The position numbers and the translations under genes were made by a program. Below are positions 12,287 to 25,036 of a DNA stretch of 64,000 bases, one piece after another. The stretch spans positions 15,066,001 to 15,130,000 of the forward strand of contig CP075494.1 in assembly GCA_021613535.1 (NCBI GenBank), in the 5' to 3' direction. This DNA comes from Adineta vaga (taxonomy: Eukaryota; Animalia; Rotifera). The notes below the pieces were generated by a model. That model was not told the origin of the DNA. It saw only the letters and a list, made by a program, of their open reading frames with translations, and did not search any database. Within the stretch, counting starts at the first letter, position 1; every line of letters begins with the position of its first letter.

Positions 12287-15200
12287 ATGTTACGGTTCTT
12301 GATTTTGTTTTTTATCTGTTTTTCCTACGGAAAAACTCAACCAAATTCCGATGTAATCGGTTGTGGTGGTTTTATCAAATCTGAAACAGATATCAATTAT
12401 AAAGTTGTTCGAGTAAATCATCATTTCTCATTCATTCGAATCAAATTTTATTTCATTTCTTATCTCTATTAAGATACAATTAATTACAAAAGATGGCATT
12501 CCAATTTATACAACAGAAGCTGCTCCTATAAATGGATAGTAAGTTTTTACGATGTTCTTAGTCAAAGAAAGATATTTTTATTGATTACCACTTAGTTATA
12601 TGATTCCGGTGTATGAACGTGGAGAATATATGCTCAAACTTCTTCCACCATCAGGATGGAGTTTTGAACCATCACAAATTGAATTGAATATCGATGGAGA
12701 AACAGATCCATGTACACAAAATCATGATTTAAATTTCGTTTTTAAAGGTTTCGGATTAGCTGGACGTGTATGTTATTCAAATTTTGACTCTTTACAAGGA
12801 AAATATGGTGTTTTATTTTTCAGGTTATTAGTGCAGGTAGTGCAAGTAGTATGGGTGGTGGACCAGCCGGTGTAACCTTGACATTATATCAAGATAATAA
12901 AAAGTTAAATGAAACCAAATCAAAAAGCGATGGAAGGTGAGTTTGATTTTCTCTTCTTAGTAAAAGAATCGTTTATTGTATATAATTCATTTAGTTTTGA
13001 ATTCTTTGATGTTTTACCTGGTCAATATACTGTCAAAGGTAGTCATGATCATTGGAAATTTCTAACAGTAAGCCAAAGATTTAGAGAAGGGAAATGCTCA
13101 AAGATAGGATGAATTTTTCTAGGCAGTTTCACACGTTCAATTATCAAAAGAACGTTGGGAAATCGAACATCCAATTGTTGTACGTGGTTATACCCTCAAA
13201 GTAAATCATTTGTTTTTTTTATTCAATGATTCTTTTTCTTAACGAAAAATTCTTTAGGGAAATGTTGTTCATCAATCATCACCATTGATTTCTATTGATA
13301 TTTTACTTTTTCGTACTTCATCAAGTGATAATCTTCCAACGCCAACATGTTCAAATGATGGACCTTTGAATAAAAATGAACTTGCTCTTTTACCACCAAC
13401 AGTTAATTCACAAAATTTTATTTGTCGAACACGTACTAATGCAAAAGGAGAATATGTTTTCGATGATGTACCTATTGGCCTTTACATTGTCGTATGTATT
13501 TCATATCAGAAATCGATTTTTATGATTATCGATTTGTTCTCTTGTAGTTACCAATCTATTCAACACCATCATTGGATATTGTTTTCATTCCTGATCAAAA
13601 AGCGATTACAGTTACACATAAAGATTTTCTTATTCAAACTCCATTTGAAACAGGAACTATTTCATTTCATGGTCGTGTTGTTAAATCAACTAAAACAGTT
13701 CGTTATTTTTTTTTCTCTGTTTTATTCTTTCAATTTTCTTAATCATAATCATTTAGGATAAATTAATTCCATTAGCCAATGCACAAATTTCGATCGATGG
13801 TAAACCATATTGTCAAACCGATTCCAATGGTTTATTCAAATTGAAACATATTCGTCCAAGTGGAACAATAAAAATCAAAAGTGAATTAGATGGATATATA
13901 TTTAAAGAACTAACCCATTCGATTAATCTTAATCGTTTAATTGGCATTGGTGATACATCAACTGCACTTGTTCTTTCACCGGAAAAGTAAGTAAACAATT
14001 GAATGAAAGCAAGAAGAAAAAAAGACGAATTATTGATTCTTTAGAGTTCGTGTAACTGGTCGTGTTCAATGTTCGTCAACACGAAAACAAACAATTCGAT
14101 ATACAGATACAGAAAAGAAAACGATTGAACGTTTTGAAGTCGAACCAAATACAGAATATTCAATCTATATCAATCCAGGAATTTATACATTTTCCGTATG
14201 ATGAAAAATTTAGTTTGTCTACAAATTTTATTCTTTGGTTTTTAGCCTGAATTATCTGATGCAGATGTTCGCGCGGGAGTTCATTTAACTCCTGAAATCA
14301 TCGATGTCGATGTTTCTCAAGCTTCTCCAATCGATCAAATCAATTTTTCGCAGCTTAAAGCTAAATTGAATGGTGTAATTCATTGTATTGGTAAATAACA
14401 ATCATTTCATTGTATTTTGCAAAGGAAAAAAAAACGTTTTTTGTTTTAGATGATTGTCAAAATGATTTATCTCAAATTGAATTAACATCTCGATCTGGTA
14501 TTGCGAATAAAATTGATTTAATTAAAAATCCAAGTAAAACAAATGAAATCCATTTCGAACAAGATAATCTTCTTCCAGGAAAATTTTCAGGTGATTTGAA
14601 AATTTAGATTGAAGATGTTTTTTTTTCAATTTCTTAACGATTTGTTTTGTTTTCAGTTTCATTAATTAAATCGAAACAAACGGATAAATATTGTTGGAAA
14701 GAATCTCAACTTGAAGTTGATTTATCCAATGCAAATAAAACAATTCGTTTCGAACAAATCGGTTTTAAACTTCGTATTTATCTTCAAACATCGAATAAAG
14801 TTACTTTAGTAAGAAGAAACAGACTTTTCTTTGATGAAATCATTTTGTCTTTTTTCGATAAATAGAAAATCAATCAACTCAAAGAGAATTCTTATACAAA
14901 TACAATCGATTTAATATCCGGTTTAAATGAAATTTGTTTACCTAATCATGGTTCTTATGAATTAATTCCATCAAGTTGTATGAAATTTGAAAAAGACAAA
15001 TATTCCTTTGATACATCGAAATCTTCGTCATTAACACCGATTGAATTAATTCCAAGTGAATATCGAGTTTTTGTTTCCATTCAAACAGATGATAACGATC
15101 AAAGTACAACAACATTTCCCGTTCTTATTAGGTATCGATTATGAAAGTAGATTGATTTCTGATATCTTCGATGTTTTCCTTTAGAAATTTAAAACAAAAT

Positions 15201-17056
15201 GATGAAATTACACTTGATTTACAAAAGGAAAATACAAAATGGACAGGTTCATTTTGGGCAAAGTAATTCATTTATAAACTAATCTGTTATTCTTCTAATT
15301 GTTTTCGAAATAGAAATGGTGAACAATTTTCCATCTTTCCTCGATCGGATATTTGGTTATTTGAACCTGATCATCAAACAATCACAATATCATCGGATAC
15401 TTGTCAATCTAATCAAGTGAAATTTCTTGCTCGTCGCGGTCTTTTTATCAATGGTGTAACTGATCCACCTGTTACTGATGCGAATGTATCTTTATACACA
15501 ATTGCAAGTGAAAATACGAAAAATGATCAAACAATCGATGTTAATGGTAAATCAATGAATCTTCTTTTATCAACTTGGACGAAATCGGATGGTACTTATA
15601 CATTTGGTCCCTTATTAAACAGTCCTTCTTATCATGTTGTTATTCAAAAGACTGGTCATGTTTTCACACGAAAATCTTCATCATCATTATATGATTTTAA
15701 AACGGAAAAATTAGCTTCAATTCTTGTTCAAATCCAAGATATAGATGGTGTTTTTCTCTTATTAACTTCATCAACTAATAATATGCGTCGACGAACAGCA
15801 ACAACGGATAGTACAGGTGAAGTTTTATTCAGTGATTTACAATCAGGAAAATATTATTTACGTCCACAATTACGTGAATATAAATTTCATCCAGAAGATG
15901 CACATATTGAATTACAATCAGGTGATGAAGTTAAAACAAAATTTCAAGTTGAAAGAGTTGCATTTAGTTGTTACGGACAAATCACGTCACTTAACAATGA
16001 ACCCGAAAGTGGATTGATTATTGATGCAATTGGAATCGAACAATGTGAAAGTGTGACAAGAGAATCAGCTAAAACAGATATTAACGGGCAATTTCGTTTA
16101 CGTGCACTTCAACCTGGTTGTCGTTATCGTCTTCAATATCGTTCAAATCCAAGTGAATCAAGTCAAACGGATGTTTTACAAATCGAACCGAAAAATAAAA
16201 TCATTGAAATTATGAATGACGATGTCAATCATATTCATTTATATACAATTAAACGACCATCAGATGTTGATATCAATGTATTTATTCAAACACAAACACA
16301 ATTTCTTAATCAACTTAAAGTAAAATTTCACTTCTTCTTTTTCCGTATTTAACAAAACTCTTCTTTCAGGTGAAATTATACAAATCATCACAACGTGAAA
16401 GTCCAATACAAACAGTGACATTAACTAATTCACCATTTGCATATTTCAATTCAGTACCATTAGATAACGAAGTATGATTATCTTCTCAACACATTCGATG
16501 AATAAGTCTTCTATTTTTCTAGAGTTATATACTTCGCGTTGATTCACCATTATCGACAAGTGTTTACAATTACATTCAACCGGAAGTATCGTTTACTGCT
16601 AATCAAACTTTCTTATTTTTTACATTTAATTTTCAACCCCGAGTACGACAACTATCTTTTCAATCGATTGTTTTATTTATTTTTATGTTTAGTTGAAAAT
16701 TTATGATGGAGAAACTGGTTTAACTGGATCTTATTCAGCATTTATCATTGCTTTGATGATTATTGCATTGATATTCAAATATGAAACTGTAAGTTCGCTT
16801 CTTTTCGAAAATGACAATCAATATGTCTATTTAGATTCTTCCATTTGCTCGATCATTTTATGGATATGCTCGTGAAACTTTATTACCTAATTTGATCAAA
16901 AAATCTTCATCAGTTCTATCATCAAACCAAACAAATGATCAAAATAGCAAAGTAACATCATACAATACAGTCAATACAAAATCAACAACAAATCTTAATA
17001 ATGATAATGTTCCTTCAACAAATGAACCGAAACGACGAGCGAGAGTTGCTGATTAG
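12287..17056 (+). CDS. NOMO1: Nodal modulator (NOMO1-like), multi-exon
   Basis: SDVIGCGGFIKS, MIPVYERGEYMLKLLPPSGWSFEP, FVFKGFGLAG, GKYYLRPQLREYKFHP and RVAFSCYGQITSLNNEPE; C-terminal TM; stop TAG at 17054-17056. Confidence 0.92.
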
Positions 17057-18087
17057 GAAATTTTCATCATCATAAACAAGATCAAATACTCATTTCTGTC
17101 GAGTGATTCTTTTCGTTTTTCTTATGTCTAGTTCTCCATAGTCATGTTGTTTTTCGTCTTCTTGTTTTTTTCTTTAATACAAGTAAACGCTTTCGTTATG
17201 CAATTACCACCTTCAACAATTTTATAGTTTAGCTTTAAAAACACATAAATAACAGATACAATCATAACAAGAAAAACAAGAAAATTACACTACACTTTAA
17301 CTTCGCAAGTTAAGCTTGGTGAAATCTAATATTCGATTTCTTCCATTTTTATTTCCATATTTGATCAATTACGATCATTTTAGCATTTGAAAGACTTTGG
17401 GTATGACTTAATTCATATTTCCATAAAATACATGATTTTTCACTCTTAAGCGACAAATAATTATCAAAATTATTAGCATTATTAAAATGAAAATACGTGA
17501 AAATGTTATTTCAATTGGTCTTAATAAAACCAAGACTGATTCAATGATGAATATATAATTCTAATCGAGACAAAGATTTTCATCATTCCTTACTGAAATT
17601 CGAACGGTTGAAAATGAAATGAAATTCTATAATGAATTGTGATGATGAATATTGTTTTCTTAACTGATGTTGAATGGAAAAATGAAGATAATATTCATCA
17701 AATAAGAATTTTATTAAATAAACTTTGTTCATTTAATAAAATTAAGTCACCTGATTTTCTATTCATTCTAATAGGAAGTGGCTTTGTGCACTCAAGTAAG
17801 TGTAAGGAATTAATAAGGAAATATAAAACTGCTTTATTGTCTTACATATATTTCACTGTTAATATGAAGAAATTGTCTAAAATTTTTAATAAGTTTCTAT
17901 TGCACTCAAATAAAGTATAAAGCAAGCACTACAATCACATAAGTATTTCTTTTTGGATAATCTTGGTGATTAACGAGACTATGCTATTCATTTCATGTAC
18001 AAAGATATTTTGATGATTACTAAAATTTATGTTTCGAAGAATCACAATTTTATTTTATAAATCTTTGTAGTAGCAATCAGAACTAGG

Positions 18088-18131
18088 ACAAGTACAAGTA
18101 CCGCAAGTAAAAGTATTATACTTGTACTTGT
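18088..18131. repeat. 13-bp perfect inverted repeat (hairpin)
   Basis: acaagtacaagta (18088-18100) pairs with tacttgtacttgt (18119-18131). Confidence 0.7.
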
Positions 18132-19212
18132 AAAAAAGCATTTGTTAATTTTGTTCTCATTTCGTAAATCGCTAAATATGGAAGTTTTTATCTCTTTTCC
18201 TATGAGAATGGAAAAGAAAACCTTCTTCTACACAACACATCAACATTATTAGCTGTTTTCTTTTGAATCTAAAACAATGAAAAAAAGAACGAACAATCAC
18301 ATACTCTATAATTTTGGTCAAATGTATATCTTTTCTGATAAAAGAGAAAGTTCTTATCTGAAAACATCAAGTATTAAAAATAAAGAAAAAGAATTCATTC
18401 AGTTTTTCGTGTGGACTCAATAGTCATTTGTCTAATTATGCTAATGGATAATATCCGTTTACAATCGATTATTTTAAAATTTACAAGCTCGTCTTCCGAA
18501 TGACGTTTGAAAATGTCTACATTTTTATCTTGGTTGTGATGCAACACTCGTTTGAATTCTCATTGTTTGGATGCTGTGAAATTGTTCAAAGGTTATAGAT
18601 GACTATTATATGAGTTCGATATTTTTTGCAAATTTATTTAGAACATTTCAATCAAAATTGATCAAATCAATTCAGACAAAGTTTATCATTAATTGTGCCA
18701 GCTCTTTTCCACTAATGCTAAATATTACTTGTTAATTCATGTCAATTATAATTCTGTTTTTGTTAAAATACCAATATCATATGAAAAGGAATTTCCATTT
18801 AGTGTAATGTACATTCAACAACTAAATGTTCATTATCCTGTGTAGTTATTCGAACGCACAACATGAAAAACTTCAAAAGATCTAATATAGCCGGTTTCAC
18901 CGACACCTATAATGAATATATTCAAAAAGAAACATGTGCGAACTCGAGATAGAACGACTTCACCACTCGCATATCATTGGTACTCTTGTAATTCTCTTAA
19001 TGCCAATGAGAGCATAGAAATGGAATATAAGTACGGGTCACTATATAAACATGAAACATTCTTTATGTTTACAAATGCGTCTCGCCGCATTTCATTGAAA
19101 CTCGAATATATCGGAAACTGTATCCAGATGCGATTTATATCCTATATTGTGTCTCTACACATTTATTAGTCAAGACTAAGATGCACACTTTTCTCTAAAA
19201 GTTTCTTTTTTT

Positions 19213-19495
19213 TATCCCGGGACGATCGTTCCTGGAAGCAGTATTCCGCTTATTTCCGACGAAAACCCGCAGGATATCTATAGTTTCCGCGCTGGAAATC
19301 GCGAGAAAATACTCGCAATCCCGCTAAAGGAACCGGTGACCGTATCCGACTATCGGTTGTGGCAGGTTCTTGTTGGTTCCTGATAAAACCTGGTAAACTC
19401 AATAACAGGATCCGGTCGCCGAAATACTGCTTCCATGAAATCTCCGGAAGGTCCTGGAACTGGTCGGTTTCAGGTCGGATTGTTTGACCTGGATA
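19213..19495. mobile_element. GC-rich non-autonomous (MITE-like) element
   Basis: Abrupt GC rise. Internal inverted repeat ggaagcagtattccg (19234-19248) / cgaaatactgcttcc (19420-19434). Imperfect terminal complementarity tatcccggg / cctggata. Confidence 0.5.
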
Positions 19496-20183
19496 TGTTG
19501 AATGATGTACGAATACAAAACCTCTTTCTATCTTCAGACATCAAACGTCAAATTCAAGAAGCAACTCAATGAATTGGTAAAACTAGTTCTCCACTTTATC
19601 TTGACGCCAACCCCGACTCTCTAGCGTTTCAAATATACTAACGATTTGCGACGAACTCAGACATTAAACTAAACTCCATTATGAGAAATATTCAAAATAA
19701 AGTTCGACAGTATATTTTCCTACGCTTTTAATCACAAAATAATGTTTAAGAGAGAATTTCCCAGTCGTTCCCATAGATCAGCGGTGGCGATGACCCTACC
19801 GGACCCATTAAAAGGCTTATAAAACGAACCAACGGCTGTCCCTTTTCTTCATACCCTTTGCATTCTTCAAATTTTTTTAGGAGACATTATACTGAGCGTA
19901 CACAGTTTTAGAAAATGTGATACGATACACATACAACTTATCGAAAAACTGATAAACTAAATGCATTTCAAATACACGATTCTAGTTTCTCGGACTTACA
20001 CAAATCAATAACTTAGATGAACAGCCACTTACCACACTCCCAACTCAAGAGTTTACAACAAAACGCGCTATCATACGATTAATACGAATTCGAAGCACGA
20101 TATGCCTTTTTTTCCACCCATCAGTTTACTCTAAAAACTTGTCCAGAAACAAACACTGCAAAACAATGTCCCTTCAGCCCAAA

Positions 20184-22935
20184 CTAAAATTTCAACCTGT
20201 CTCCTGAAACATTTCGCAGGTATTCTACTACTGGATAGCCAATTTGATTGCCCTCAAGATCAAGTGTGATGAGTATCTAGAGACGAAAGAGAGAGAATCA
20301 ATGTGTCAGTTAGGTGAAGGGCGACTGATTATTACCGTATTCGTTAGCAAGGCATCACCAATATGTCGTGCTCCTTGTTCACCGATTTGATTGTACGCGA
20401 GATCTAGTGTGGTGAGTGTCTGGAAAGAACAGACAGCGTGGATCTTTCAATTAGGTGAAGAGTGGATGAGTTTTACCGTATTCGTTCGCAAGGCATCACC
20501 AATATGTTGTGCTCCTTGTTCACCGATTTGATTGTACGCGAGATCTAGTGTGGTGAGTGTCTGGAAAGAACAGAGAGCGTGGATCTTTCAATTAGGTGAA
20601 GAGTGAATGAGTTTTACCGTGTTTGTTCGCAAGGCATCCCCAATATGTTGTGCTGCTTGATGGCCGATTTGATTGCCCTCGAGATTTAGTCTGGTGAGTG
20701 TCTATAAACGAAAGAGAGAGCACGGATGTGTCAATTAAGTGAAGGGTGAATCAATATTACCGTGTTTGTTCGCAAGGCATCACCAATATGTTGTGCTCCT
20801 TGTTCCCCGATTGGATTGAACGTGAGATCTAGTGTGGTGAGTGTCTGGAGAGAACAGAAAGCGTGGATCTGTCAGTTAGGTGAAGAGTGAATGAGTTTTA
20901 CCGTGTTTGTTCGCAAGGCATCACCAATATGTTGTGCTGCTTGATGGCCGATTCGATTGTTGTAGAGATTTAGTGTGGTGAGTGTCTGGAGAGAACAGAG
21001 AGCGTGGATCTGTCAGTTAGGTGAAGAGTGGATGAGTTTTACCGTGTTTGTTCGCAAGGCATCCCCAATATGTTGTCCTCCTTGTTCACCGATTTCATTG
21101 GACCCAAGTTTGAGTGTGGTGAGTGTCTTGAGAGAACAGACAGCGTGGATCTTTCAATTAGGTGAAGAGTGGATGAATATTACCGTGTTTGTTCGCAAGG
21201 CATCACCAATATGTTGTGCTCCTTGTTCACCGATTTCATTGAACGTGAGATCTAGTGTGGTGAGTGTCTGGAAAGAACAGAAAGCGTGGATCTGTCAATT
21301 AGGTGAAGAGTGAATGAATATTACCGTGTTCGTTCGCAAGGCATCACTAATATGTTGTGCTCCTTGTTCACCGATTTGATTGCCCTCGAGATTTAGTGTG
21401 GTGAGTGTCTATAAACGAAAGAGAGAGCACGGATGTGTCAGTTAGGTGAAGGGTGAATGAATATTACCGTGTTTGTTCGCAAGGCATCACCAATATGTTG
21501 TGCTCCTTGTTCACCGATTTGATTGTGCCAGAGATCTAGTGTGGCGAGTGTCTGGAGAGAACAGAAAGCGTGGATCTGTCAGTTAGGTGAAGAGTGAATG
21601 AGTTTTACCGTGTTTGTTCGCAAGGCATCCCCAATATGTTGTGCTCCCTGTTCACCGATTTCACCGGACCCAAGTTTGAGTGTGGCGAGTGTCTGGAGAG
21701 AACAGAAAGCGTGGATCTGTCAGTTAGGTGAAGAGTGAATGAGTTTTACCGTGTTTGTTCGCAAGGCATCACCAATATGTTGTGCTGCTTGATGGCCGAT
21801 TCGATTGTTGTAGAGATTTAGTGTGGTGAGTGTCTTGAGAGAACAGAGAGCGTGGATCTGTCAGTTAGGTGAAGAGTGGATGATTTTTACCGTGTTTGTT
21901 CGCAAGGCATCCCCAATATGTTGTGCTCCCTGTTCACCGATTTCACCGGACCCAAGTTTGAGTGTGGTGAGTGTCTGGAGAGAACAGACAGCGTGGATCT
22001 GTCAGTTAGGTGAAAAGTGAATGAGTTTTACCGTGTTTGTTCGCAAGGCATCACCAATATTTTGTGCTCCTTGTTCACCGATTTGTTTGCTGTAGAGATT
22101 TAGTGTGGTGAGTGTCTAGGTATAGAATATTTAGTTCGATAATGTATGTTAGACAATCGAAAGTTTCGGGTTAGGTTTTTCAGCTGGAAATAGCATTATA
22201 GGAGGGTCGTGGTGGTAGTGTGTGGAAGAATTCAGAAAGTGTTTGGTTTGGATCCATGGTGCAAGAAAGGAAAAGTGAGTGCATGACTAATCATTACTGA
22301 GTGAATGTATGAATAGTCGATTGAAGAGTTTGACTAATGTACTGAATGTAATGATAGTAGTTTGTTTTGGATAGTTTAGGATTGAGATTTTTACCGTTGA
22401 TTTGCGAAAGATAGTATTGACTCGTTGCATCGTATAAAATAGTGTACTTTATTTAATTTGGTTGTTTTCAAAGATAGTTGTGCTATTTTAGGAGGTGCAA
22501 TGGCGACATTTGTATGAAATGGGAAAAGGTTTCTACAATTCTGCGGTTCTATTCTTGTTTGACACATGAGTGCACGTTGAATAAGATGTGTATTCTATGG
22601 ACATGGACAGAAAAGATCAGATGAAAGGAAGGGTTGTTTTTAGTAACATGAGTCAATATTGTGGTTGATTCACTCATGAAAAATGCTTCAGAATTGTGAA
22701 ATCTTTTTTTTTCGAGTGAACTCTTTAAGTTAGATATTACGAAGGTTATGTGTACCTGAGCAGATGAGAAAATAATTAAAACACTCAGAAGACTTACTTG
22801 ATAACGATGATAAACATTAAGGATTTGATTAAAGCGTTGGGAAACATTTTGCATCGAACAAAATAGTGTAAAATCAGTCATATGATCCAGAATCCGATAG
22901 ACGAGTTCGATGGGTAATGTTGAAAATGTGTACAT
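20184..22935 (-). CDS. F-box + RNI/NLRC3-type LRR protein: F-box exon 22798-22935, thirteen 84-nt LRR exons, terminal exon 20184-20276
   Basis: Exon 1 MYTFSTLPIELVYRILDHM...NVSQRFNQIL...YQ|gtaagt. Each following exon reads TLTTLxLxxNxIGEQGAQHIGDALRTNT between AG and GT. The last exon is ILITLDLEGNQIGYPVVEYLRNVSGDRLKF*. No internal stops. Confidence 0.88.
20277..22115 (-). repeat. Tandem array of 13 units of 141-143 bp (84-nt exon + 57/59-nt intron)
   Basis: Exons at 22032-22115, 21891-21974, 21750-21833, 21609-21692, 21468-21551, 21325-21408, 21184-21267, 21043-21126, 20902-20985, 20761-20844, 20618-20701, 20477-20560 and 20336-20419. Confidence 0.95.
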
Positions 22936-24146
22936 ATTCGCTTTAAGTTCCACGAAAGTTTGTTGAGAATGCAAGCTATTGAATATATTTTGTTTGTTAT
23001 GAATAGAAATTCGGTTTACTGAAAGTGTTGTATTTTTGTTATTGAAAAAAGAGAATGAAGTCTGACGATTTCAACTAAAGTGAATAGTTAGTTTATGCAG
23101 AAAGATGGCGTTAATGTATGTGTTGATTGGAGTTTCGGCTGCTGTGTATGATTATGAGCGTCATTATACTCTCAAGATACGTAGTTTTCATTAGTAATTT
23201 TTTGATTGTTACGAAAGAGTTCATTTTAAGAAAGGACATTTTTAGACGTGATATTCAACAAAAGTTCAATCAGAAAGGGAAATCTTTGATGGTAGATATC
23301 GATAGTTTCTTCTTTCCTTTTTCCGCCCACGTTTCACACCCTTATAAACTAATTTCATTCTATTAGTTCGACATAACTTAATTTTTATTTCACATACGTC
23401 TATCCTTAAAGATCTGAACAAGAAAATTAACTGAATTAAAGAAAATAAAGCGGGTTCATCTTATCGTGATGCGCCAGATAAATATAATCTATGAACAATT
23501 GGTGGTGTATCAGATATCCTCAAAAGCAAAAGAGAACACAGGAAATTATAAACTAACGTCGAGTCTCACTCTCACTCAGTTAACTGAGACTGTTGCATGT
23601 CTATGCGATCTTATCACTAAGATATTTTTATATGATTTGCTTATTACCCTACGTTTTTCATTGATTTCAATAGTGTTTAAACTAGACAGATTTTACTGTA
23701 TTTTATTTTTCTCAAACCTGATACTGGTTCGATTCTACCTATGTGTTCATTTATTGAATTATCATCTCTAGAATGATCAATAGTTCCTATTTTAATATTA
23801 CTAAACTTTTAATGATGTTATGAATAAATAACGACCGACTGATTGTAATCTCATATTATATCATATCTATCGAGAGCGCGTATTTAGCCCGTACTGAAGG
23901 GTATAGCAATATTTTTATGTTGTGCCGCCTTTAACTTTTGACCCTTAATCCTTCACGTTGACCCAACTCATCATCCTATCCTCGTCATACTCTCGGTTTC
24001 CAATGTTTAAGACAGTCTCGAAGAAAATATTTTTTTGACCTTTGACACTGACACAAAAGTACACAGAAACTTTTTTTTTCATATGACCCTCCTTTCAGTC
24101 GAAGGAATAAGGTGTGGATGTAAATGTTCCTTAACAGAGTACCCAC

Positions 24147-24334
24147 ACAAGGGGAAAGGCAGATCCTAGATCCTCATAGTTCGTGAGATCCTAGAATTCA
24201 TGATGACTCATTAGAACCCATGAGTATCTTTCAGGATCCACGATAGTCTGCCTTTTTGTGATGCTATGATCTATGAGGATCTATGGTGAGCCATGAGGAT
24301 CCGAAAGTTTTATAGGATCCGCTTTTCTCCTTGT
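24147..24334. mobile_element. MITE with 22-bp imperfect terminal inverted repeats
   Basis: acaaggggaaaggcagatccta (24147-24168) vs taggatccgcttttctccttgt (24313-24334), 19/22 complementary. Internal gatcct/aggatc repeats. An outer inverted pair gtgtggatgta / tacatccacac brackets it. Confidence 0.7.
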
Positions 24335-24372
24335 ACACGCGCGTCTACATCCACACCCACACCCTTGCAAAC

Positions 24373-24987
24373 TTCAATTCGGTACCATTAGATAACTATG
24401 TACAATCATCTATTTTTCTAGAGTTATATACTTCGCGTTGATTCACCATTACCAACAAGTGTTTACAATTACATTCAACCTTAAGTATCGTTTACTGCCA
24501 ATCAAACTTTCTTATTTTTTACATTTAATTTTCAACCATGTAAGAAAATCCTCTCCAATCAATTCGTCTATTCAATTTCTTGTGATTCTTTAGTTGAAAA
24601 TTTATGAAGGAGTAACAGGTCTCGTCGAATCTTATTTAGCATTTATCATTGCATTGATATTCAAATATGGAACTGTTAGTCCACTTAATCAACTTGATTA
24701 TTTAGATTCTTCCATTTGCTCGATCATTTTATGGATATGCTGGTGAAACTTTCGTACCGAATACGATCAAAAAATCTTAATAATAATAATGTTGTTTTCA
24801 CAAATGAACCAAAGCGACGAGCAAGAATTGCTGATTACAAAATTTTCATTATCATACACGAGATCAAATACACATGTTTGTCGAGTCAAGTGATTCTTTT
24901 CGTTTCTTCTTATGTCTAGTCTAGTTCGCTATTAGTCATGCTATCCTTTTTCTTTAATGCAAGTAAACACTTTTGGTCTGCAATCAC
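24373..24987 (+). pseudogene. Degenerate direct duplicate of the NOMO 3' exons and 3'UTR (source ~16445-17205)
   Basis: Collinear with 16445-17205, including introns (e.g. gagttatatacttcgcgttgattcaccatt). CCG GAA has become CCT TAA (~24481), and there are several internal deletions. Confidence 0.88.
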
Positions 24988-25036
24988 ATCCTTTATATTC
25001 AAAACTTCACAACAACTAAAACCATTTACATCGATT

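Noticed and set aside
17300-19200. Possible decayed transposase
   Set aside because: No catalytic motif or sustained reading frame could be identified by eye; a translated repeat-library search is needed.
19500-19800. Possible Penelope-like retroelement remnant
   Set aside because: Only a vague, stop-riddled resemblance; not supportable without a search.
20975-22020. Plus-strand repetitive ORFs (MVSVWREQRAWICQLGEE...)
   Set aside because: Antisense shadows of the LRR array, with stops in most units.
20277-22115. CRISPR-like array (conserved repeat with short variable segment)
   Set aside because: The units are GT-AG intron + 84-nt LRR exon on the minus strand. Variable segments recur, the context is eukaryotic and there are no cas genes.
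23880-24110. Possible Helitron/Helentron-associated fragment starting tttagcccgtact
   Set aside because: The expected hairpin partner is not intact, and the ends cannot be defined from one copy.
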